A stretch of DNA of 45,171 nt, taken from sequence record OP251154.1; one strand, written 5' to 3'. Each line of letters begins with the position of its first letter. The first letter of the stretch is position 1. The position numbers and the translations under genes are program-made. The DNA is from Escherichia phage TR2. Below are positions 34,046 to 42,497 of this stretch, in pieces. The notes below the pieces were generated by a model. The model searched no databases. It was not told where the DNA came from and worked only from the letters and a program-made list of their open reading frames with translations.

Positions 34046-34297
34046 CTATTTCTTGGCGTTCATCATATCTAAGGCTTTAGCCTCAAGTATTCTGATATCG
34101 TTAAGTACCATTTCTTCATCATCTATTTTATAGACTTTGAACAAGAATGGAAGGCAATTATAATCAAGGCCTGTGGCACCGCAAGCACCTACTCGCCATT
34201 GTGTCGACATAGCACAGTACACATCCCAGCTTTGCATCATTGTTTCATCGAAGTGTAACTCTTCAGGCTCCTCACCTTCATAATCGGAACGTTTCAT
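34046..34297 (-). CDS. putative tail assembly chaperone (gpT-like position)
   Basis: Acidic 83-aa protein directly upstream of the tape measure gene. Confidence 0.4.
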   Translation of the reverse strand: MKRSDYEGEEPEELHFDETMMQSWDVYCAMSTQWRVGACGATGLDYNCLPFLFKVYKIDDEEMVLNDIRILEAKALDMMNAKK

Positions 34298-34359
34298 TCC
34301 GATAGCTTCGAGTTCGGCATCCGTTGGCGGTGACTGGTATTGTAAGTATACTGCGCGTT

Positions 34360-34674
34360 TTAGTTTTTTACTCGCTGCCCTGCAAGTGCTTTCATGTAGC
34401 TATCCATTAGCGATGGAACTGCACCAGGGAAAAGGTTTGCAAACTCATCGACGTTCTCATCGTTAAATGGTTCTTCTAAATCCCAGTCAGAGCAGATTTC
34501 GCTAATCAATTCCTTAGTGCTGAAGTTTTCACGATTAAGAATCTCCTGTAACTCAGATGATTTCTTGTGCTTAACTGTTAAGACTACTTCTGCGTCCTCT
34601 CCATTCGCAAGCTGAAACTTAACTGGAAGTTTAAAGTCAGGAAGCGCCTTAAGTGAAAGTTTGAATTTTGCCAT
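34360..34674 (-). CDS. putative tail assembly chaperone (gpG-like position)
   Basis: Acidic 104-aa protein between the major tail region and the tape measure gene. Confidence 0.4.
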   Translation of the reverse strand: MAKFKLSLKALPDFKLPVKFQLANGEDAEVVLTVKHKKSSELQEILNRENFSTKELISEICSDWDLEEPFNDENVDEFANLFPGAVPSLMDSYMKALAGQRVKN

Positions 34675-34709
34675 CTCGTTATCTCCTTTGTTTATGTTGA
34701 ATGATTATA

Positions 34710-34958
34710 TTACTTTGATTCGTTTTTTACAATGTTGTGAGCAACTTCGGTGCACACTTCGCGACCATAGTGCAGAATCTGGTTTGTCTTATCGCCAGCT
34801 ACTTTTTCACAATGCGAATATGCACTATTAAATTCATGTTCATACTTTATTGCATCAGAGTTTGCGGTTGCGCCACCAGTTGGGTTGACAATCTGAATTG
34901 CCAGGTAGAAAGCACCAAGAGCAGCAGTAAGTTTGATGATATTTTTAACGTTGTTCAT
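34710..34958 (-). CDS. small secreted protein with signal peptide (82 aa)
   Basis: N-terminal hydrophobic signal-like segment IIKLTAALGAFYLAIQIV; co-transcribed with membrane peptide from its own promoter. Confidence 0.45.
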   Translation of the reverse strand: MNNVKNIIKLTAALGAFYLAIQIVNPTGGATANSDAIKYEHEFNSAYSHCEKVAGDKTNQILHYGREVCTEVAHNIVKNESK

Positions 34959-34976
34959 TTTGTTTTCTCTCTCGTT

Positions 34977-35117
34977 TTAGCGATTACGCAGCGCTATCAC
35001 AATTAAAGCAAGCACAGCAGATACGAAGTAAGTGCCTATGGCTGCACCTAATGATACCCAAAAGGTTAGACCTGTAGCATAATAGAAAAAAGCGGTCAGC
35101 ATACCAATTAAAATCAT
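34977..35117 (-). CDS. small hydrophobic membrane protein (46 aa)
   Basis: Start set at internal Met MILIGMLTAFFYY...; two hydrophobic helices. Confidence 0.4.
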   Translation of the reverse strand: MILIGMLTAFFYYATGLTFWVSLGAAIGTYFVSAVLALIVIALRNR

Positions 35118-35156
35118 TTTGCTTACCTCTATAATCCATCTCGTTTCGATAAAGTA

Positions 35157-35199
35157 ATAATAGCAAATCCCTGCCACACGTCTTTAACAAAAAGTGCTA
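35157..35199 (-). promoter_or_regulatory. operator/-10 promoter cassette inside the tail module
   Basis: Plus 35185-35199 TAACAaaaagTGCTA, 22-nt spacer, TATTAT (plus 35157-35162), leader ATCGAAACGAG. Confidence 0.55.
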
Positions 35200-35203
35200 T
35201 CAA

Positions 35204-35225
35204 TAAAAAACCCTCCGAAGAGGGT
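35204..35225 (-). terminator. rho-independent terminator after the major tail gene
   Basis: Minus-strand read CCCTC-ttcg-GAGGG followed by T6. Confidence 0.6.
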
Positions 35226-35230
35226 TAATT

Positions 35231-35890
35231 TTATACTAGCTCAGAAGCCACAGAACTCAGCCTACCACGGATGGATACCGCGATGGATACCGTTTCGATT
35301 TCGTTAACACCAATGCTCGGGGTGTCGTTGAAAGAGATAGTGCCAGACTGAAGTCGCATCTCACTAGCGCGAGGCACGAACAGACGGATAGCAACAACCT
35401 GACCAGACTCATCATAGTTACGCAGAATCGGATATACCGGGTTGGTGTATTCGTGCGCGAACGTGTAGGTGTTAGTTACCGCAGACTTATAGGTTGGAAT
35501 CTTTTGCTCGCGGTCATCAGATAAACACTGGAAGTTAACGAACTGCTGTTCGCCGCCGTCAGTGGATACATCCTGAACACAAGGAACTTCAAACCAGCTA
35601 AGAATCTTAACTACTTCACCAGTTAAACCGGCTGGAAACTTAGTGTTGTTGGAGGTATCAATACCTTCAACAGTTACGTCCGAACCAGATACCGCAGTGA
35701 CACGAACTTGCTTATCAGCCAGAAGTGTTGAAGCTGAGCTGGTGAACAGCAGGTAATCCCCGCGCGCAATACCTGTGGCGTCGGACAAAGTTAAAACAGG
35801 AGCAACAGCATTGGTAATTGCTGTTACGTCGATAGTATTACCCCTAGTGCCCTCTACGAAGACCTGGGTGCCATTGCTGAGATGGGCCAT
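35231..35890 (-). CDS. putative major tail protein
   Basis: 219 aa, position between head-tail joining genes and chaperones; followed by strong terminator. Confidence 0.5.
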   Translation of the reverse strand: MAHLSNGTQVFVEGTRGNTIDVTAITNAVAPVLTLSDATGIARGDYLLFTSSASTLLADKQVRVTAVSGSDVTVEGIDTSNNTKFPAGLTGEVVKILSWFEVPCVQDVSTDGGEQQFVNFQCLSDDREQKIPTYKSAVTNTYTFAHEYTNPVYPILRNYDESGQVVAIRLFVPRASEMRLQSGTISFNDTPSIGVNEIETVSIAVSIRGRLSSVASELV

Positions 35891-35901
35891 ATATTTTCCT
35901 T

Positions 35902-36300
35902 TTAGTCAAGACGAACATAGAAACGAACTGGAATAAACCAGCCAGATTTTGACTTCACTACCGGGTGAACTACTCCGCCCTCATAAATGTAGCCTGTGTC
36001 AAGCATTGTACCATCAAGCATTGATTCTGCCAATTGATTCGCCAACCTCCTTGCGCTATCAACACCATCACCTGGTGAGAAAAATACAGAGACCTGAACC
36101 ATGCCGACATAGTATTTGCACTTGCGACTCAAGCTATAGGTTACGGTATCGGCCTCAGTGTAGTCGTACTTCAGCCACATACCGCCATTACTTGGAGGAG
36201 AGAATGCTACGTTTTCGTAGGAGATTGGATACCTGACTGGAAACGTTTTAACCAAATCAGTCACAAACCTCCTTGATGCTAAAGATAGCTCATACTGCAT
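35902..36300 (-). CDS. putative tail terminator / tail completion protein
   Basis: Position and size only. Confidence 0.4.
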   Translation of the reverse strand: MQYELSLASRRFVTDLVKTFPVRYPISYENVAFSPPSNGGMWLKYDYTEADTVTYSLSRKCKYYVGMVQVSVFFSPGDGVDSARRLANQLAESMLDGTMLDTGYIYEGGVVHPVVKSKSGWFIPVRFYVRLD

Positions 36301-36746
36301 TATCGTTTACTCCTCGCTTCAGCAACGGCTTCCTCAAAGTATCGACCAAGTCTGATATTAACTACACCAAGTACACCTGCTGGCGCTTGCTGCGATGCAC
36401 CGTATTCAAGATCTGACGCATAATCTAGCCTGTTGGTTATGTAGATAACCTTTGTTGCTGGTGAGTTAGCTACTGCTCTGGCTTGTCTTGCAAGGTACCT
36501 TTTTGTATCACCGCCAGTCTTGTCGTAATCATTTAACGACTGTACTGCTGGTGAGTTTGCTGTAATCTGCCAGTTAGCCTTAAACCTACCAGTATCAACA
36601 GGAGATAAATCAACAATGGCGTTAGCTGCTTTAATTACAGTGCCTGAAACAATTTCAGAAAAACCATCATCAGCTCTTGAAATCCAGTCATTGATAGAGT
36701 TCGTGAATGTAGCTAAGCCACCAACATTATTAGCCATAAGCAGCAA
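36300..36746 (-). CDS. putative neck / head-tail joining protein
   Basis: Position and size only. Confidence 0.4.
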   Translation of the reverse strand: MLLMANNVGGLATFTNSINDWISRADDGFSEIVSGTVIKAANAIVDLSPVDTGRFKANWQITANSPAVQSLNDYDKTGGDTKRYLARQARAVANSPATKVIYITNRLDYASDLEYGASQQAPAGVLGVVNIRLGRYFEEAVAEARSKR

Positions 36747-37113
36747 TCCTCCTCAGAATTGGCCTGTATGCGACTACAGTACCTGTTGGTTTCACTGGTC
36801 TCGGGTCGACTACAGTGTAAGTTTCATCGTCCACAATAATCCTGTAGCCCTGTAAGATTGGGACTTCGGAAGTGAAGATTCCACGCTTATCGCCAAACTG
36901 AATATACTCACCATCAATATCTCTGGTTTTAATCTCCCTCACCAGCCCCTTGATTAATGCAGTGCCGCCAGATACAGGAACCTCGACACCATCGACAATC
37001 TCCACCCCACCTTTACCAGTTTCCATGGTAAACGTACCATCGCCATCACTAAAGATATTGATTCCCGTTCGCATTAATGATTCGATTTGAGAGTAATTCA
37101 TCGGCAACCGCAC
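36730..37113 (-). CDS. putative head closure protein
   Basis: Position and size only. Confidence 0.4.
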   Translation of the reverse strand: MRLPMNYSQIESLMRTGINIFSDGDGTFTMETGKGGVEIVDGVEVPVSGGTALIKGLVREIKTRDIDGEYIQFGDKRGIFTSEVPILQGYRIIVDDETYTVVDPRPVKPTGTVVAYRPILRRIAAYG

Positions 37114-37508
37114 CCACGCCCACCGGACGTAACCAATCCAAAGCCACCACCTTTCTTACGCAGAAGGTTCCAGTACAGACGACCCCACGGGGTGGAAGTC
37201 AGTGCTGATTGTGATTGAGACGTTGATTCATAGCTGATAGAGAACTCACCACTCAGTGAGTAACTTGCCACCTTCTTACCGTAATCATCCAAAGACTCAT
37301 TCTGCTTAAGTGCACCATCAAGAAAGGCAATGTGCATAGTGTACAGTGCCAGTGCCTTGTAAGCATCATCACCAAACTTACTGGTACAGATGTAAAGCTT
37401 GGCTAGCTCAAGCCATACGTCAAGTGTTTCATCAGAAACATTCTTAAGGGCAGGAACTAATGACCTCATGAATGCTAATGCTTGTTCGTTCATATTACCT
37501 CCATACAA
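37098..37508 (-). CDS. putative head-tail adaptor
   Basis: Position and size only. Confidence 0.4.
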   Translation of the reverse strand: MYGGNMNEQALAFMRSLVPALKNVSDETLDVWLELAKLYICTSKFGDDAYKALALYTMHIAFLDGALKQNESLDDYGKKVASYSLSGEFSISYESTSQSQSALTSTPWGRLYWNLLRKKGGGFGLVTSGGRGCGCR

Positions 37509-37534
37509 AAACGGACGCCGAAGCGCCCATTTTG

Positions 37535-37780
37535 TTATTTGTACTCGTTGCCAGTCTCGGCTTCAGAGATGGTCTTTGGTTCTTTGCGTTTTTTCTGACT
37601 GTTGATTTCTTGCGCCACTTCTTTAGTTGCCTTGTAGTCACCTTCAATGGTGAGTTTACCTTCAGCAATCAGGCGTTTCAGTCCATCACAAAGCTCACTT
37701 GCTTCAATTGTGTCGCCAGGTAAGTATTTAGCACCTTTATAAACAATCATGCACGCGCCAGTGTGTTCTAACTTAATCAT
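37535..37780 (-). CDS. hypothetical protein (81 aa)
   Basis: ORF track; TATAAT directly abutting an operator half-site upstream (plus 37809-37828). Confidence 0.4.
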   Translation of the reverse strand: MIKLEHTGACMIVYKGAKYLPGDTIEASELCDGLKRLIAEGKLTIEGDYKATKEVAQEINSQKKRKEPKTISEAETGNEYK

Positions 37781-37810
37781 TACTTGCTCCTTTTATTAAT
37801 TGATGATTGA

Positions 37811-38419
37811 TTATAGCACTAAACAATCGCCTTCGTGAACCCCATTGGCGTTTCCGTACTCGCCGAATATTTCTTTACACCAACTGTCGTAACACTCCTT
37901 AGCCTCTTCAATTGTGTCAAACCTTTTAGCCATCCTTACATCTCCGCAATCCTTTTGTATCTGGGCTTTCCACTTCACCCTTGATTTATCGTAGCTAACA
38001 CCTTTAAATCCACTCTTGTTCCTTTTGTATAGGCTCGTATTCATCATGTTCTCACTTCGAGTAACAACCCTTAGGTTTTCCACCCTATTGTTTAATGAGT
38101 TACCATCAATGTGATCTATCTCACCTGTCGGCCAACTCCTGTGATGATAAAACCACTTTAACTTATGCATTGAAACGTGAAACTTCTTCCCGGAAACTTT
38201 AATACATAGCTTCCACATCTTACTTTCTGGGCATGTTGGGTTTGGAGTGAATTCACCTCCAGCAACCTTTCCGGCGTACCTTGAATTCCATACATTTGTA
38301 AACCTATCATTTCCCGGCTTTACTTTCCATGTCATAACGGGACTTTCAGAATCTGATTCAAGTCTTGATGTTAGCTCTTCGTGAGTTAGTAGTTCTTCAA
38401 TTTTCATTTTCGCCTCCAT
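37811..38419 (-). CDS. HNH homing endonuclease with AP2 domain
   Basis: IDHIDGNSLNNRVENLRVV plus AP2-like KSGFKGVSY...W.A.I. Confidence 0.8.
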   Translation of the reverse strand: MEAKMKIEELLTHEELTSRLESDSESPVMTWKVKPGNDRFTNVWNSRYAGKVAGGEFTPNPTCPESKMWKLCIKVSGKKFHVSMHKLKWFYHHRSWPTGEIDHIDGNSLNNRVENLRVVTRSENMMNTSLYKRNKSGFKGVSYDKSRVKWKAQIQKDCGDVRMAKRFDTIEEAKECYDSWCKEIFGEYGNANGVHEGDCLVL

Positions 38420-38435
38420 TGTTTTGATGGAAACA

Positions 38436-38478
38436 AAAATACCACCTTTCGGTGGTATTGTTTTGTCATTTAGTGCTA
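38436..38478 (-). promoter_or_regulatory. operator/-10 promoter cassette with embedded terminator hairpin (weak -10)
   Basis: Gene-orientation TAGCActaaaTGACA (plus 38464-38478), 22-nt spacer holding ATACCACCgaaaGGTGGTAT, TATTTT, leader CATCAAAACAA. Confidence 0.4.
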
Positions 38479-39423
38479 TTAGGCAAAGGTAATTCCTTTG
38501 ATAGCTGCCACTGTAAGAGGGCGATATAAAATCAAACCTGTCGCCTTAGAGGTTACAGGGAAGCGGAAGTGAAGATCACGAGGCTGACCAGGTAAAACGT
38601 TTGTAACTTCCGGAATCTCGATGCTCATGTTGAGCGGATCCTTTTCAAACGCCAGCGCAGCTTTACCGCCAGCACCATCGTAGTTATCCAGGACCTGCAT
38701 AAAGCGCAGGGTTACACCTGGGTTGTTACGAGTAAACAACTCGCCATAGCTCAGGGTTGTATTATCAACAAGGCGCTGCATTACACGGCGAGCGGAAGCT
38801 GGCAGCAGAATGTCAGTTACATGGTGGAAGCCCTGTGTGCTGGTTTCTACAGCATCAATCATTGCGGTAACGTCGTTAACCGCGTTAATTGGATTGCTCC
38901 AGTTTGGAGTTGCAACAACGTTGTTGATGTTCGGCTGGTTAAATACGCTTACGATGCCGTGAGGTGCAGAGCCAGACCATACCAGTTTATCAAGCAGGTT
39001 GTCGTGAGCTTCAAAAGCCAAAGCCTGTTTGCGAGCGGACAGTGACTGACCAGTAGCAGCGCCAACTTTAATCTCATCAACTGAGATCATAAACGCATTA
39101 CCGAAGCGGAATACTTTACCCTGCTTCTCGGTCATGAAAGCATCAACCATCGGCAGGTCGTCAGAGTAATCAGCGATGATCTGAGCAATACCAACACCAT
39201 CGAACTCATTGTATTCGAAGTATTTCGCGTGACCAGGGATTTCGTTGGTTACTGGGAAGATGTTGACAACTGAGTTGTCTGCGTATTCTTTTTCGTAAGC
39301 GCGATTCAGTGATGCGGTTAACTGCTTAACGGTCCAGATACCAGCAGCATCAGCCTTATCTACGCCCATTTGCTCTAGGTGAGCGGTGATTTTTGCTTGT
39401 TCTGCATCAAATTTAATGGCCAT
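38479..39423 (-). CDS. major capsid protein
   Basis: 314 aa in canonical position after portal, protease/scaffold and decoration candidates. Confidence 0.7.
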   Translation of the reverse strand: MAIKFDAEQAKITAHLEQMGVDKADAAGIWTVKQLTASLNRAYEKEYADNSVVNIFPVTNEIPGHAKYFEYNEFDGVGIAQIIADYSDDLPMVDAFMTEKQGKVFRFGNAFMISVDEIKVGAATGQSLSARKQALAFEAHDNLLDKLVWSGSAPHGIVSVFNQPNINNVVATPNWSNPINAVNDVTAMIDAVETSTQGFHHVTDILLPASARRVMQRLVDNTTLSYGELFTRNNPGVTLRFMQVLDNYDGAGGKAALAFEKDPLNMSIEIPEVTNVLPGQPRDLHFRFPVTSKATGLILYRPLTVAAIKGITFA

Positions 39424-39513
39424 TCTTGTTTATTCCTTTTCAGTTAGGTATGTACGAGTCAATTATACACTAGTTTGAGGACCGCGCAATGATTCTATCA
39501 TGACCAAGCGGAA

Positions 39514-39545
39514 GGTATAAAAAAACCTCCCGAAGGAGGTTGTTT
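39514..39545 (-). terminator. rho-independent terminator upstream of the capsid gene
   Basis: Minus-strand read CCTCC-ttcg-GGAGG followed by T7; candidate TTGCGC-16-TATAAT promoter at plus 39462-39489. Confidence 0.55.
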
Positions 39546-39565
39546 ATTTGTGCATTCAGATTTTG

Positions 39566-40060
39566 TTAAGCCACAGTTGAGTCTGCGGATTGAATCAGCT
39601 GAACTTCAACCAGTGCGCCATCAACGCTTTCACTAGCTGATACATAGCCACCAGCAAATGTGAAACCAGTTCCCCAGGTAGAACGTCCCACTTTAGCGGC
39701 AACAACGCCACTTTCATTTACGAAAACCTTGTCACCAAATGCCGGAGCAGCTGCAAGAGTAGTGCGAACCCAAATACGACCAGAAGTCATTACGTTAACT
39801 GCCTCAAGGCCGCGAGCCTGACCATCTGGAGTCTCATAATGAGATTTAACAACAACGCCGTAAGGTTTAATTGCAGTTCCTGATATAGCCGGAAGGGCAA
39901 CAACCTTGTGACCATCTACTGGCTGAGCGGTGCTAACACCTACGAATGTTCCAACCGGGATTCTAGTGGCAGCAGTACCACCAACCACACAAGCACCATC
40001 GATATTATACAGGGAAGTATCAGCTACCATACCTGCCAGAGCTACAGAACGAATTGCCAT
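39566..40060 (-). CDS. capsid-associated protein (possible decoration protein)
   Basis: 164 aa, Gly/Val/Ala-rich, between protease/scaffold and capsid genes. Confidence 0.4.
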   Translation of the reverse strand: MAIRSVALAGMVADTSLYNIDGACVVGGTAATRIPVGTFVGVSTAQPVDGHKVVALPAISGTAIKPYGVVVKSHYETPDGQARGLEAVNVMTSGRIWVRTTLAAAPAFGDKVFVNESGVVAAKVGRSTWGTGFTFAGGYVSASESVDGALVEVQLIQSADSTVA

Positions 40061-40071
40061 TATCTATCTCC

Positions 40072-41184
40072 TTACTTTTTAATTTTAGCCAGACGAGCAC
40101 GTGGGTCTAATTTCTTAGGTTCGTCAGCTTTGTCAGATTTGTCGGAAGCTACGGTAGCTTTACGAACTTCAGCCATTTTATCAGAATCCTTGGCAATGTC
40201 GAACGCTGCGTCGATGTATGCGTCGGATTTATCAGCAACATCAAGGCCGGAAACTTCTTTAACGTAAGCTACTTTGATGCCTTTAGCATCCAGACCATCA
40301 GTCTTAATTCCAACCTCTGCGGCTACAGTAACCAGAGCGGCAAGTGCTTCAGCGTCGGCTTTAGCAGCTTTAACGGCTTTCTCGATTTCAGCAGGCATCG
40401 CGTCTACTTTAGCCTTCAGCGCATCACGCTCAGCTTCAATGCAGTCGGCTTTGGTTTTAGCGTCAACTGCATCTTTTTTAATAGCTTCAATGTGTGCGGC
40501 AACTTCTGGAGCGATTTCGAACTCCTGGGCGCCATCCAGTTTAATCTTAACCATTTCTTTAACATCCTCTTTAATAGAATCAACGCTGTCAGTATACGGG
40601 TTTTCCTGTTCTGCGTCCATATTCAATTTTGCAACACCTGCGCGACCTTTGTATACCATTGCAACGTGATTAACAATAATGTTAGTTTGCAGTGCATCAA
40701 AACGAACCCAGTCAGGTGGAATTTCATCTTGGGACTCGTAATCACCATCCAACTTGTATTCACCAGTCTCATTACTCCCCCAACCTGGAGACTCAACATC
40801 AACAGTCGAGTAGCCTACAGATAACTCGGCGGCAATGCCAGATTTAGCTTTCTCGATTGATTCCTTGTCGTAAACGGTTAGTGGAACTACCACGTTCGAA
40901 TCCTGACGCATTGCTGAGCCAGACACTGAGCCTACAACTACCTGCTTGGCATTATCAACGTTAACAAACACGTGGCCTAAGGTAATCGGCTTGCCCTGAT
41001 AACTTGCAAGAGAATCAGCTTTAAAGACCTCTGAAGCTGGCCTAAATTCGCGTCGTTCCGAGCCATCTGGCAGGTAGTATGATTGCACGCCTACGCGAGC
41101 AACCACAGGTGTATCTACCAGGAATCCGTTTTCGTCAAATCGCGCTTTAACTTTTGCACTGTCATAACGAATTTTAGCTTTCAA
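40072..41184 (-). CDS. putative prohead protease / scaffold protein
   Basis: Globular N-terminal domain plus Ala/Lys/Glu/Asp-rich coiled-coil C-terminal half; follows portal. Confidence 0.5.
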   Translation of the reverse strand: MKAKIRYDSAKVKARFDENGFLVDTPVVARVGVQSYYLPDGSERREFRPASEVFKADSLASYQGKPITLGHVFVNVDNAKQVVVGSVSGSAMRQDSNVVVPLTVYDKESIEKAKSGIAAELSVGYSTVDVESPGWGSNETGEYKLDGDYESQDEIPPDWVRFDALQTNIIVNHVAMVYKGRAGVAKLNMDAEQENPYTDSVDSIKEDVKEMVKIKLDGAQEFEIAPEVAAHIEAIKKDAVDAKTKADCIEAERDALKAKVDAMPAEIEKAVKAAKADAEALAALVTVAAEVGIKTDGLDAKGIKVAYVKEVSGLDVADKSDAYIDAAFDIAKDSDKMAEVRKATVASDKSDKADEPKKLDPRARLAKIKK

Positions 41185-42448
41185 TTACAATCTCCTCTTT
41201 TGGTGATTCTTCTTGTGCGGGCTGCTCAGTTACAATCGAACCTTCACCAATCTTAACCTCAGGGGCTAATGCGCGCAAGGTATCTCGTGCTTCATCTGCG
41301 TCCATTACTCCGTTAGTGATGAGAGTGGCGATTGAATCAACGTTATTCTTCAGTATTTCAGCGCGGTCCTTCTTCGATTCCTGAGCTAGCGGATTAAACT
41401 CAACTGACCATTCCTGCTCGGTTGTGATGAACGGGATTAAAAAAACAAGAACAGGGAGTAATTCTTCATTTCTCTTGCGGTCGATTAGTTTATGGAATGT
41501 CTCCAATGCTGTGTTTTGGCTTGATGACAAACCACCAACGTTACGGCCTTTGAGGATGATTTCATGAATACCACTCAGAGCAACAATCCTGTCGAATTTC
41601 TTATCCAGGAATCCATCAATCCCACCAATATCCGAGTTCAGAACACTGTACTCTTCAGACTCTGCATCAATACCAATCGCGCGACCAACGCCGGAATTAT
41701 CATCAACCTGAGCCAGCCTTAACCTTGCCGCACCAAAACCTTCTGCGTCGTCACACAATTCAGCAAGCCCCTTCGCCTTCCATACCGCCTGTTGCTTACG
41801 GCGCAATAACTGGGTTGCCAGTTTCTCGCACGTCTGATAATCCTTGATTGCCTCCAGTAGGTCAGGAACCAGAACGCTAGCACCCCACCCATCATTGCCG
41901 AGACGCAATGAGCTAGGAATCTTCTCTCCATCCATAATGTGAACTCGAGAGTAATGCACATCATAAAACGTGGAGCTACCTTCAGGTGTTATGCGGTACG
42001 TTAGTGGTTTTCCAAATCGAACATTGCGAGGATTCTCCTCCTTCGCTTGCACCCTCACCTGACTGCGATCGTATACTCGAAGCGATTCAAGTTCAGCACC
42101 TTCACGTACCGGACTAGTTAGCGCACGATTATCCTTAACGATAGCCACAATAGCTGAGCCGCCGAACAACCTCGCCCATGACCATGCGTCAGAGATTGAC
42201 TCGTTGACCTTTAGGTAATCCCACCTTGACCAGAATTCACCCTCGTTATCAATGCCATCAATATGGAAACCTGCGGCGATTGCTGTCTCTGGGATGGTAT
42301 CGACGATGCGGCGAACCAGTGAGTTAGACACGTAAAGTGAATCGGCGAATGGTGGCGCAAGGTAAGTGTTGCCGAATTGCCCGTAAATCTCGCTACCATC
42401 ACTAGTTCCACCCAGGAACTGCGTGGCGTATGAATCTGCTTTTACCAT
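41174..42448 (-). CDS. portal protein
   Basis: Follows large terminase; size fits; start set at second ATG (MVKADSY) after ATTGGAG RBS. Confidence 0.75.
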   Translation of the reverse strand: MVKADSYATQFLGGTSDGSEIYGQFGNTYLAPPFADSLYVSNSLVRRIVDTIPETAIAAGFHIDGIDNEGEFWSRWDYLKVNESISDAWSWARLFGGSAIVAIVKDNRALTSPVREGAELESLRVYDRSQVRVQAKEENPRNVRFGKPLTYRITPEGSSTFYDVHYSRVHIMDGEKIPSSLRLGNDGWGASVLVPDLLEAIKDYQTCEKLATQLLRRKQQAVWKAKGLAELCDDAEGFGAARLRLAQVDDNSGVGRAIGIDAESEEYSVLNSDIGGIDGFLDKKFDRIVALSGIHEIILKGRNVGGLSSSQNTALETFHKLIDRKRNEELLPVLVFLIPFITTEQEWSVEFNPLAQESKKDRAEILKNNVDSIATLITNGVMDADEARDTLRALAPEVKIGEGSIVTEQPAQEESPKEEIVIES

Positions 42449-42497
42449 TTTCTTGCTCCAATAAAAAAGCCCCATTTAAGAGGCTAGTTTATCACGC
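42449..42497 (-). terminator. weak hairpin plus T6 fused to RBS before the portal gene
   Basis: Minus-strand read AGCCtcttaaatgGGGCT, TTTTTT, ATTGGAGCAAGAAA, ATG. Confidence 0.35.

Noticed and set aside
37809-37828. Additional canonical promoter cassette at the 3' end of the HNH gene
   Set aside because: Only one half-site fused directly to a TATAAT (GATTGtttagTGCTATAAT) without the 22-nt spacer; counted as a variant promoter for 37535..37780, not a cassette copy.
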